DNA of 57,847 nt, filler included, from Stramenopiles sp. TOSAG23-6 (lineage: Eukaryota), in the NCBI GenBank assembly GCA_900128565.1. It is 3 parts of 3 records of this genome, joined end to end, with 100 filler letters (N's around TTAATTAATTAA, not from the genome) between each part and the next. Parts side by side here need not be neighbours in the genome. Positions count along the whole stretch, not along the records: positions 19,368 to 38,584 come from LT636053.1; positions 38,685 to 57,847 come from LT636054.1; 1 more part is not named here. The stretch is one strand, 5' to 3'. Positions within the stretch are counted from its first letter, which is position 1, and each line of letters begins with the position of its first letter. This document shows, in pieces, positions 34,701-42,047 of the stretch. The position numbers were made by a program, and so were the translations under genes. The notes beneath the pieces were generated by a model. The model was not told the DNA's origin, did not search any database, and saw only the letters and a list, made by a program, of their open reading frames with translations.

Positions 34701-36029
34701 TGCTGCAAGTCTATAGGATTCGAACTTTTGTCTTGACATTTCACTTTTAAATAAAGAATTTACTTCTCTTGCGATTGCATCAAAATCTAAATCTATTTCA
34801 CCTGCAGCCATTCGTTTCATTTCACAATCAGTCCGCAACTTTGTTTTGAGTAGAGTTTCCTTTTCTTTTTTTTCCTGTTGTTTTAGCAGCCATTTTTTTG
34901 CTTTTTTATCATTTAATAATTTCTTTTGACTTTCTACACGTGCCAACTCGTTTTGTTTGATCATATCTAAACAATATTTTCTTTCTCTGGCTTTGTTAGC
35001 TTCATACAAACGCTTTTGCATTCGCTTCTTCCACATATTTTCTTCCTTCTCTTTATTTTGGCGAGCAATTAACTTTTCTTTTTCTTTGGCCTTTGCTTCC
35101 TCCTCTTTTTTGAAATATTCATTCTGTGAAGCAATTTTCATTTGTTTTTGCATAGAATTATAAATTTCTTTTGCGCGTTTCTTTTCTCGTCTTATAGACA
35201 TACGATAAAACTCTTTCTTTTTATCTTTTTCTTCTTTCTTCTTATGCTTAAATTGTTGTGCAGTTTCTTTAATTTCTGCGAGCATTTTTTTACGTTGCAA
35301 AGCTTGTACTTGAAGCTGTCTTTCATCTTCTTTTTCCCATTTCATGAATTCAATAGTCTCCTCCTCTAATTTGATCTTGGCTAGGGCATTTTTTTTTTCT
35401 CGCCACTCAATAACAGATGGTGGAACAACATATTGTTTTGTTAGATCTAGACCGGGCAGAGGAAAATGGCGTTTTGACTTTCGTTTTGACTTTCGTTTTG
35501 ATTTTGTTTTGGATTTTGGATTTTTTTTCATTTTTATTGCATCATTTGCTTCATCCTTTGTTTTAACAAAACGATGTTGCTCTGTAATACCACCATCGGA
35601 ATTTACCTGTTCTAGTAAGGAAACACCATCGGCGAATTCGATGAAGCGACTGCCATCTGGATAAATACACTCAAACTGTGCCGGAGATAAAGTGATAACA
35701 GTACCATCTGAAAATTTTTCAATTGAGCCATCCTTAGTTTCAATAACCCTTCTAGATGATTCTCTTTGATTTGCTTTATAAGATAGTTCAAATGCAGAGG
35801 AAACAATGTCTGGAAGGAATCTTTTCCTAGAATCACGCGTTTTGCTTCCAAACCCCCTACTACTTCCGCTTCTGCTTTTACTTCTACTTCTACTTCTACT
35901 TCTGCTTCTACTTCTGCTTCTGCTTCTGCTTCTGCTTCTACTTCTGCTTCTACTTTCGCTCCTGCTTCTACTTCTGCTCCCGCTTCTGCTTCTACTTTCG
36001 CTGCTGCTTCTGCTTCGAGAACGAGGCAT
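28761..36029 (-). CDS. 2422-aa intronless protein: N-terminal RS-dipeptide tract, coiled coil, many IQ motifs, ankyrin repeats, PDZ-like and degenerate EF-hand-like segments
   Basis: Single ORF with (RS)n, repeated IQxxxRGxxxR (VQAYYRGNVAR, IQAQVRGHIAR, IQSAWRMYRNK) and ankyrin motifs NPLHKAI and GNNALHVA. Confidence 0.85.
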   Translation of the reverse strand: MPRSRSRSSSESRSRSGSRSRSRSESRSRSRSRSRSRSRSRSRSRSRSRSKSRSGSSRGFGSKTRDSRKRFLPDIVSSAFELSYKANQRESSRRVIETKDGSIEKFSDGTVITLSPAQFECIYPDGSRFIEFADGVSLLEQVNSDGGITEQHRFVKTKDEANDAIKMKKNPKSKTKSKRKSKRKSKRHFPLPGLDLTKQYVVPPSVIEWREKKNALAKIKLEEETIEFMKWEKEDERQLQVQALQRKKMLAEIKETAQQFKHKKKEEKDKKKEFYRMSIRREKKRAKEIYNSMQKQMKIASQNEYFKKEEEAKAKEKEKLIARQNKEKEENMWKKRMQKRLYEANKARERKYCLDMIKQNELARVESQKKLLNDKKAKKWLLKQQEKKEKETLLKTKLRTDCEMKRMAAGEIDLDFDAIAREVNSLFKSEMSRQKFESYRLAATTCQARRRGIHVRKQRRNENYAALRLKKCQRSHTQRKRDKEADAAVERTQKDARIAEKKACEARKKRRKEEANAAARIQKQWRLKGLLVAASLIQVHIRRHIAKRLRAKKICKIIIVQAYYRGNVARKKVKQMREEALQLLRTRAAITLQCNWRGYSLRMQLKCQHNAVRIIQRVYRKWVRRKKARKQIEGKSATVVMVKRIAKKRRLKTQHASARKIQIEYRKHIARRKARERRMRARQEIEGKSATVVMIKRISKKQKSRTLLKKKISAATLVQSCYRRRRARLLYLSFLRGIIQFQAIIRGVILRLYLRILETFVISTQSKVRKMIRRRLALITKVQACFRRSHVIAMMACKRAAMCILQAQIRRFIHRTKFQKLKHASIVVQKSFRGWICRREFKIRLEQTKRYVVMIQAQVRGHIARDFVEYAKIIGIEIKPRNPLHKAIDQGNYFQILKLLQRGEDPNSIDIRGSSCLLRAIAKHRFQAAMILLDTGAKLDIQNRLGNNALHVAFRTNDYKISQILLSTQFYGNKYHQIDKLSNFVKQLRSRRERNTSENRLAVEALENSMELYEMNRKSMRKLQSMIKPLKKELDRKEIRALKKADIADGITATPEQRRSAVAADALFQKAKANYILHTNNLKDVTHKIKIIERRNITLKNGVQQLCEFLDKGEKIEDTKFLEIEKDDVTINLNGASGSSAGIILRPVSHESSGSQIAGFASDWNDSKKQFIRGGVCIGMRLLSINGLDLENSSVEDANALLVSPLKKKTIWSMPPSPPISTRLGDFKKRVLFIRRPIIKHHIAAAKYHKDIGNYPSAGYHCTEAAFHYALQCDFENASYFHSNAAENYRNISCPSDLDLIELENACRYKTISSKIHSSSSTSLSLPSFPGTLVESEEVSAQENIVKEIAESNMYENTATFGGRDLCNWGIEKREVCLGSINISIEGKLVKFQEEIGPDGIIYLVNTENNNVYLRDLIKQCIKHNQEIYAPPRVGTWVVKKSKGEMFLNKDENKTESSVEMDGCLFSRLHDLHLVEYSWIKCSRRKSKIDRLPCLCNIDGMEFRSAFRYDDKWFSQMREVFEKDDIHEVHSNVSEQSRSLYNTTKHIKKNMVKVGYAMPKYTLTLADNDTELEKFLIVPNVAGLLPNSFIKRNISSALVKIQSAWRMYRNKKIVDKMRELRRIRYVAACKIQHEVRRIIDERKRQNAALTIQCSYRVKVSCAIVSAQRNKVMLERQWQAVRQARIKTKAAIFIQRVSRRRRQRKLDRTARTIQRVIFHWLEKTGRHVEWKQHFEWEGDEVVGIRSAQEVGKELKRKHRRKVPSFKIRLRINREKELYNLLNKLESTIPKARVQKVGVSLSSGVNTLNTYFQSLRISTEDNIQKDTDDSYNNVNNQDVSLATFFSEFETHDENNIGVISPIKFVLAFQNIMQKCNLFISRSEIRCLIKFGDVFNCNEVHWRALLTCIQTTCDLSVVKQYLHEKASLWEEKKHHNKRLFSKQIELLRKERRVKLLRDKYGLTKPAFIGLIKLAFVLKERQRIFGKKYKSIIRALFIPYDRVRGGIVSEEDFKRILPRLKPSSFNMAMPTKIELCHISERFSVVVQCTGKDFSSLLSRLRKRHQNAQFDMKKSQREFRKQKYSFRDEEASLNLSRNISYRQFGDLFIRLFEILDVLPENYKVFNDHNKVKREYLIQRNTERLMKNTRIFHPQKSGSVNNVANMKICDHTTLASSKVVKFSETEKQPADTSLKKPFNQHSEKLLKKTINRAKITKDIGKRGVKHVRKVYKAGRNIPKALKYTKKRRARSRLMEAFPFNGSSTFTIKKVKPKSNNKKKKTNNQKKKNAWTTKSLRKSKSTPLKRKAKNILPMLLQNHSALTKPLREWHNHVNRNPQNHSAPHLKYNMNKLETKSNHSAQIVKLQSQYKALKKTQKLFIELLAVHMEKKSSKSKYLEKKINDINNEIALVGTKKSEIEVISTLGKKIK

Positions 36030-36243
36030 AAGGAAGTATCTTTTAATCTATGTTTGACATTACTTAAAACTGCTTGGAATAGTATTAGGCACAAACAAAA
36101 GAAAGTTCCTCCGTACAGGAATTTGAAACTGTCACAGAGAAATCCGTTTTTTTCTGAATTTTTCTTGAAAAAATATGCGCAAACGCTGCGCAAACCTGCC
36201 CAATTTAAGAATTTATTTTTTATTATATATTGAATATTTATCA

Positions 36244-38250
36244 TTACCACGATGCATTATTTAAATTAAATTTGTACAATTCATTCCGTTTTTTTTTCAT
36301 TTCAACGGCAACGTCCTTTAGCTGTTGGTTTAACTTTTCATCTTCAGCATTCTCTGATAGCGATCGTTTTAATTTTTGATACTGCAATTCTAGGATTTCA
36401 AATTCTGTCGCAAGCGATGATGACGTCGTACCTTCACTGACTGTAGAACTTTTCACATTTGTTTCAGTCTTATTCATGACATTACCGGCAGTGGATTCAG
36501 TTTTTGGAAGTTCTACTTCTGCAAATGCGAGCACTTTATCGCTATTTGTGATATTACCGGCCTTGGATTCAGTTTTTGGAAGTTCTAATTTTTTAAATGA
36601 GAGTATTTCATCGCTATTCATGACATTACCGGCAGTGGATTCAGTTTTTGGAAGTTCTACTTTTTTAAATGAGAGTATTTCATCGCTATTCACGATATTA
36701 CTTGCTGTGGATTCAGTTTTTGGAAGTTCTACTTCTTCAAATGCGAGCATTTCATCGCTATTTGTGATCTTACCGGCTGTGGATTCGGGTTTTGGAAGTT
36801 CCACTTTTTTGAATGAGAGTGCTTCATCATGTATACCATTATGTTGATTATTTTTGTATGTCACTAAAATCGGATTTTCAACAGGGTCTGCAACTTTGGT
36901 TTCTTCGATGTTTTGAAAGGTAGATACTGTTATATCTGAGTCTACTGAATCTGAAACTTTAGTTTCTTCAGCGTTTTGTGATGTAGATACTACAATATTT
37001 TTATCTGTGATATCACGGGGAATGTCATCGGTGCTTCCTTGAAAAGCTGTGTCATACTTTATGGAAAATTCAACATTATCAGGATGTACTACATCGACTC
37101 TTTCTTGAGAAAAAATATTAACTTTTTCATCTTTTCTATTTTTTACTTTTTTCTCGTCACTTTCTAATTGTTTAACCCTCATTGCTTTTTGAATAGCTCC
37201 AATTACAGAAAATGATCTAGCAGATGACGGACCACACGGCACAAAAGGTACAAAACGACCTAATTTCTTCGCTAACCTAAAATTTGAATTTTTTACACTT
37301 CGTCGGCGAACACGAAAACGAATAGGTTTACTACGTTGCTTTCTTCGCTTTGTATGTGCTTTAAAGATACTTTTATCAATCACATTATTACGTAGAGGAA
37401 GACTATCTTGAACTAAACTGCTTCCTCTGTCTTTATTTCTTCGACAAACTTGTTTTGGTTTGCTTATATTATCAGCTTTATGATACCGTCTTGGATTCTC
37501 ATGTTTCATTTGCGAGTTATGAAAGTCCACTGTGTTTTGTCTTGGATATTTCTGGATATTTCCCTCATCTGATCTAGGTACACACAATTTATACGAAGTA
37601 ATTTCGGGTATCACTTCTGTTCCGATGTACTTCTTATTATTTCTAGTATTATTTCTAGGATACGAAGATTTTAAGCACGANTCTTCTACTTTCTTTATTG
37701 ATGTTTCATACTTTGTTCTATTTCTTTGAATTACGAAGGCAGGGGAATGTTCACTATTTGAAGATGCACTTTGTACCTCTTTCAATTTCTGATTTTCACG
37801 CAACAGAGTGTGATACTTCTCTGTAATCATATGATTCATGGTTAGTGCGCTATTTAATCGCTCGCGGAGATTTTCCATTTCATGTATCGATTTTGCTCTG
37901 TCAAACACGCTCAACTCAATCGCCTTTTCCTTTCGTACTTGTTCCTTCTGCATTTTTCGATACATCTGAAGCTCAGCACGTTCCTCGGTTTTATCTTCAT
38001 TTTCACCTAGACGCCGACGAAGGTAATCAACCTCTTGTAGATGTTGTGCGCTCTCTAATAGTTTAATTTGACATTCTTTTTCATTGAGCTTTTGTTCCAA
38101 TAATCTTATCTTTTTCTCAAGGTCTGAATGTGAGGTTTGTTCAGCAGTTGTTCGAAGGAGTTCGTCTCTTTCTGTTTCTAGTTTCTTTACCTTCTCCTTT
38201 AAAGATTTAATAGCTATTATAGCAGCATTACTGCTAGAACTAGAGAACAT
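36244..38250 (-). CDS. CEP57: CEP57/translokin-like centrosomal coiled-coil protein
   Basis: N-terminal AIIAIKSLKEKVKKLETER, central VPFVPCGPSSARSFSVIGAIQ and a C-terminal coiled coil resemble the three conserved Cep57 blocks. Recognised from memory, not from a search. Confidence 0.65.
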   Translation of the reverse strand: MFSSSSSNAAIIAIKSLKEKVKKLETERDELLRTTAEQTSHSDLEKKIRLLEQKLNEKECQIKLLESAQHLQEVDYLRRRLGENEDKTEERAELQMYRKMQKEQVRKEKAIELSVFDRAKSIHEMENLRERLNSALTMNHMITEKYHTLLRENQKLKEVQSASSNSEHSPAFVIQRNRTKYETSIKKVEXSCLKSSYPRNNTRNNKKYIGTEVIPEITSYKLCVPRSDEGNIQKYPRQNTVDFHNSQMKHENPRRYHKADNISKPKQVCRRNKDRGSSLVQDSLPLRNNVIDKSIFKAHTKRRKQRSKPIRFRVRRRSVKNSNFRLAKKLGRFVPFVPCGPSSARSFSVIGAIQKAMRVKQLESDEKKVKNRKDEKVNIFSQERVDVVHPDNVEFSIKYDTAFQGSTDDIPRDITDKNIVVSTSQNAEETKVSDSVDSDITVSTFQNIEETKVADPVENPILVTYKNNQHNGIHDEALSFKKVELPKPESTAGKITNSDEMLAFEEVELPKTESTASNIVNSDEILSFKKVELPKTESTAGNVMNSDEILSFKKLELPKTESKAGNITNSDKVLAFAEVELPKTESTAGNVMNKTETNVKSSTVSEGTTSSSLATEFEILELQYQKLKRSLSENAEDEKLNQQLKDVAVEMKKKRNELYKFNLNNASW
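36470..36830 (-). repeat. 63-bp coding tandem repeat, about 6 copies of a 21-aa unit (xFxxVELPKTESTAGNxxNSDExL)
   Basis: GGATTCAGTTTTTGGAAGTTCTA recurs at 63-nt spacing. Confidence 0.9.
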
Positions 38251-38584
38251 TATTTATGTATTCTAAATCTTTGGAATCCAGTCGGCATGTTCATATATAA
38301 TGGCTTATTTGTAAATAGTATTACGGTATAACGCAGATACGCAATGCTCATCCGTTTTGTGCGTTAAAAACAAGTCAAAAATTTGATTCTTTTTTAACTG
38401 CCACGCCACGTGGCATATTAACGCTAACACGAAATACGATACATTCAGACTGTTTTCATTATAAAAAAGAGTTCGTGGGAAAGCGCATTCCGATCTGGAT
38501 GATTTGTACTGGTATTCTCGATGGAGGGGTGTTCTGAACTGGGAGATTCGCAATCATTCGAACAATTCTTTCGCCTTTTACTAA

Positions 38585-38684
38585 NNNNNNNNNNNNNNNN
38601 NNNNNNNNNNNNNNNNNNNNNNNNNNNNTTAATTAATTAANNNNNNNNNNNNNNNNNNNNNNNNNNNNNNNNNNNNNNNNNNNN
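38585..38684. other. Artificial contig linker (N-run, TTAATTAATTAA, N-run)
   Basis: Same linker as at 19268. Confidence 0.95.
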
Positions 38685-39700
38685 GGGTCATCTTTTCGAG
38701 GTTTTAACATCCTATATGCTTCCATGGTTTCTGCATCCATTTGTGAGGAGTTTCCATTGAATGAGTTGTACTTACGACTTCTTTCAGATGCAACACCGTT
38801 TCTTTGAAAGTTTTTTTCCTTCTCTAAAGCTATTTTCATTTTATCTTGGTCCAATTTTATATCTTCTGATTCACCATATAGTGTTTTTTCGTTATTAACA
38901 GGTTTATTAGAGACCTCCGATGAAGTTGATACCTTTGACAACAATTTTCGTTCCATTACAGTTTTTGATGCCATTTTCGCACGAATTCCAGCTTCACCTG
39001 TACAATACGATTTCTCAACACATTGTTGGCAACATCGATAACCCCACTCTTGTGTTTCTAAATCAAACCAAGATCCCCAAACACTTTTATGATTATTAAT
39101 TAAAACATCTTCTTCATACTTGGTTCGTCGAATAGTCTCAGTGCTAGTTGTTTGACCAATAATACGCCCTTCAGAATTATATTGCAGTTGGTGTTCAGTC
39201 TGACCAAGAAGTAAAGATCTATCTGGAGCACGCAGTTTAGACTGATCACCATATTTTTCAAGTATTTTTTCAGACCGACTCGTTTTTATTTTGTTTTTCC
39301 TTTCTTGGAACTGCTTTTGTAGTACTGCTACTGCTGTAGGATTGCCACTCGTATTAACTCCACTGCCACGACTATAACTTTCCCACGCAAAACTTTGAGA
39401 TTTTAAAAAACCTACGCTTTCACCAGAAACACGAGTTGCATTATCTCCTGAATATACAGCTAGTTCTTTTGGTATATGTGGAGTAGGATTACCTCTCATA
39501 GACCGTGACTTTGGATCGTAGTGAGCAGAGTTTGGATCAAGATTTCGTAAGTACTTTGGAATAGATCAGAATCAGAACCATAAACTGTTGATTGATAGTC
39601 TTCCGGTTTTTTCTTGTCACCAAATTTGGCATCTCGTTGCTTAATTTTTTGACGACGAGATTCAGCTTCAGCATCATTAAACTTCTTTATAGTTCTTTTA
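38685..39700 (-). CDS. SLU7: SLU7 second-step splicing factor, central/C-terminal fragment; inverted and internally disrupted in this assembly
   Basis: PKYLRNLDPNSAHYDPKSRSMRGNP, GDNATRVSG, FAWE, ILEKYG, KYEEDVLINNHKSVWGSW, WGYRCC..SYCTG, MEAYRM..RKDD. The frame breaks near 39563. Confidence 0.85.
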
Positions 39701-39701
39701 T

Positions 39702-40022
39702 GCATATAGGATGTTAAAACCTCGAAAAGATGACCCGATGAATGCATTTCTAACAGAAAAAGAAGAAAATCAAAATGAAAATAATGAAGCAGTCAAAAGT
39801 ATTAAAAGAAAGCGTTCCAAGAAACGAAGTTCTTCGTACTCGTCAAGTAGTAGTAGTTCTAGTTCTGGTAGTAGCTCTAGTTCTGGTAGTAGCTCTGATT
39901 CTGACAGTAATTCCGATAGTAGTTCTAATTCGGAATCTGCGGAGGAGAAGAAGATAAATAAGAAAAGAAAAAGTTCTGGAAAGGATCACAAAAAGCGAAG
40001 AACAAAGAAAAGAAAGAAATAA
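39702..40022 (+). CDS. SLU7: C-terminal end of SLU7 (AYRMLKPRKDDPMNAF...Ser/Lys-rich tail)
   Basis: 39702-39736 is the exact reverse complement of 38685-38719 and continues the SLU7 frame to a stop at 40022. Confidence 0.8.
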   Translation, partial: AYRMLKPRKDDPMNAFLTEKEENQNENNEAVKSIKRKRSKKRSSSYSSSSSSSSSGSSSSSGSSSDSDSNSDSSSNSESAEEKKINKKRKSSGKDHKKRRTKKRKK

Positions 40023-40142
40023 TTCTGCAAGAAAAACTCATTTATTTTAAACATACCGTTGAACTCAATTTGTGTAAAATGTAATATTAAAATCGCATAT
40101 AAGCTATTCCCACAAGGAACTCTTCATTTATATATTCGACAA

Positions 40143-41669
40143 TTATTTTTCTGTAGCCCGATCGGGGATCATTCCATCTACAGCTATACGTGGCTCTACA
40201 CCAATACGGCGAAGACCAGCCCTAAATTCATTAAAGTCAATAGTTCCATTACCATCTGTATCAATGATATCAAAGAGTTGCTGCACAAGTTCAATATCTT
40301 CAACCCCTTTTTCCACTGGTATAAATGTTTTCTCCGATGGTTCTCTTCGTATCTTTGAATCTAGACGATCAGAAACTGCCTTTACAAATTCCTCAGTTGA
40401 TAATCCTGAAGGCCCACACAGATCCCGTGTTCCTTTACCTTCAACCATTAGTTCGTGCATGGTTTTTCTCAAATGTCCTGTAAAATCATGAATTTTTTGT
40501 TTCTTTTCACCTTCAAATGAAAGATCAGCTGCATGGTTCATTGCGCCAATTAATGCTTCAACCATACCTAAAGGATTGAAGGAAGTCTCTTCACCCCGTT
40601 GATGAGCTTCCCATAAGTCAGCAACTGTTCCATGAGATGCCTCATATTCTTTAATCATAGTACCATCATCATTTTTCCCGATAAGATTCGAAGTGATAAA
40701 TCCAGGACTGCGGTGAACCTGTGCAACTTCGTCTGTGAGCATGTCACCATCATAATTATGAGCAGCCATTCCAAAGCCACCACCCGTCCATCGGATAATC
40801 TGCATAGTAGCAGCATCAGAGATAAGGTGTTGAAGTTCTCCATTTGTGTCTTTTAATAGACCTTTAGCAGAAAACTTATCTTTGTAATCCTTATCAAATA
40901 CCTCCTTCATAGCCACCCAGAATCCTTCCTGCCATTTGAATACGGTCTTTTTAGTGACCACATATGGTACAACACCAGCACCATCATCGGCCTCTAAACA
41001 TCGTGAGAAGAAGTGGTGTGCGAGGTCAGTCACGTTGTCCAGAGGATTATCGTATGAAACTACAACACTGGAGTTGTCTGTTAAATGACGATTATCAATT
41101 ACACTTGGTGCACTCCCATCTTGTGGATGAAACATAGTAGTAACCTGACCTTTGCCAACTGCAGCCCATCCTGCTGAATATTCACCACCAACAGCATGTC
41201 GTTCAAACAACACAGGCCTTTTGAAACCTAAATCAAGACCATCTATGTGAATAGTATCACGGCTTATTGTAATACCGTTCCATCCACGTCGCATTGCTCC
41301 GTTTGGACTACCCCAAGCTTTCTTAAGTCCCAACTTTTCCTTCTGGACCTCCGTTGGAGTAATTGTTGGTTCTTTAAAGATTGCACCAATACGCTTTCCT
41401 GCAGCAACTGCGTCATGCAAAACTTTATCCTCCGTATTATCTCGAGATACGCAACTTAGATCATAGAAATCCCAAGAAGACGTGTCAAAACGAGGATGTA
41501 TCCATTCATCTAATATCAATTGCATACAATAACGAGTCATCTCCTCTCCTTTGATGAAAACCATCGGAGGAGCGACAAGCTTATCTCCAGATGCAGTTGA
41601 GAATGAACGAGCCACCAGATTGTGATACTTCACAGTCAAAGAGCTACGACAAAAGAGACTACGGAGCAT
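40143..41669 (-). CDS. IDH: Isocitrate dehydrogenase (NADP-type family), likely mitochondrial, with a C-terminal EF-hand; intronless
   Basis: GEEMTR, KEPTITP, WGSPNGAMRR, HNYDGDMLTD, EASHGTV, TSFNP, DTDGNGTIDFNE; presequence-like N-terminus. Confidence 0.93.
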   Translation of the reverse strand: MLRSLFCRSSLTVKYHNLVARSFSTASGDKLVAPPMVFIKGEEMTRYCMQLILDEWIHPRFDTSSWDFYDLSCVSRDNTEDKVLHDAVAAGKRIGAIFKEPTITPTEVQKEKLGLKKAWGSPNGAMRRGWNGITISRDTIHIDGLDLGFKRPVLFERHAVGGEYSAGWAAVGKGQVTTMFHPQDGSAPSVIDNRHLTDNSSVVVSYDNPLDNVTDLAHHFFSRCLEADDGAGVVPYVVTKKTVFKWQEGFWVAMKEVFDKDYKDKFSAKGLLKDTNGELQHLISDAATMQIIRWTGGGFGMAAHNYDGDMLTDEVAQVHRSPGFITSNLIGKNDDGTMIKEYEASHGTVADLWEAHQRGEETSFNPLGMVEALIGAMNHAADLSFEGEKKQKIHDFTGHLRKTMHELMVEGKGTRDLCGPSGLSTEEFVKAVSDRLDSKIRREPSEKTFIPVEKGVEDIELVQQLFDIIDTDGNGTIDFNEFRAGLRRIGVEPRIAVDGMIPDRATEK

Positions 41670-42047
41670 GGTAAGACTTTTACAAATAAAGAAACTTGCA
41701 ATTCAAATAACGAAGTATCTAATGCTTAAAATATTTTATCTGGGAGAAGCTGGTATATATATACAAAAGGATATAGCAGACACACGCGATGATTCTAGCT
41801 TTACTACAAGTAGCCTAGGAAGGTAACACTCTCTCGATCGTGTGAAAAATCTTTTTTATTACGTTTTGTTGACGTGTCATGACAGAAAAGACTGACTTCT
41901 TGCAATTAATTGGGACACATGTGTACAACACACTACATCGGCTAGCTACTACGTATAGGTTCTACTAGTCCTATTTCAATTAGTTTTGTACCTAAAACTT
42001 CTTAAGGGTCTGTGTGTGAGTTCATGATGCATTTTCAGAGTAGAGGA

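Noticed and set aside
35612-36250. ORFs 35612-36250 (poly-EA/EV) and 35806-36057 (poly-L)
   Set aside because: Alternative-frame and antisense readings of the RS-coding hexamer repeat.
38685-39736. Programmed inversion or gene scrambling of SLU7
   Set aside because: Same 35-bp inverted overlap at a contig end as at 19233-19267; best explained as an amplification or assembly chimera.
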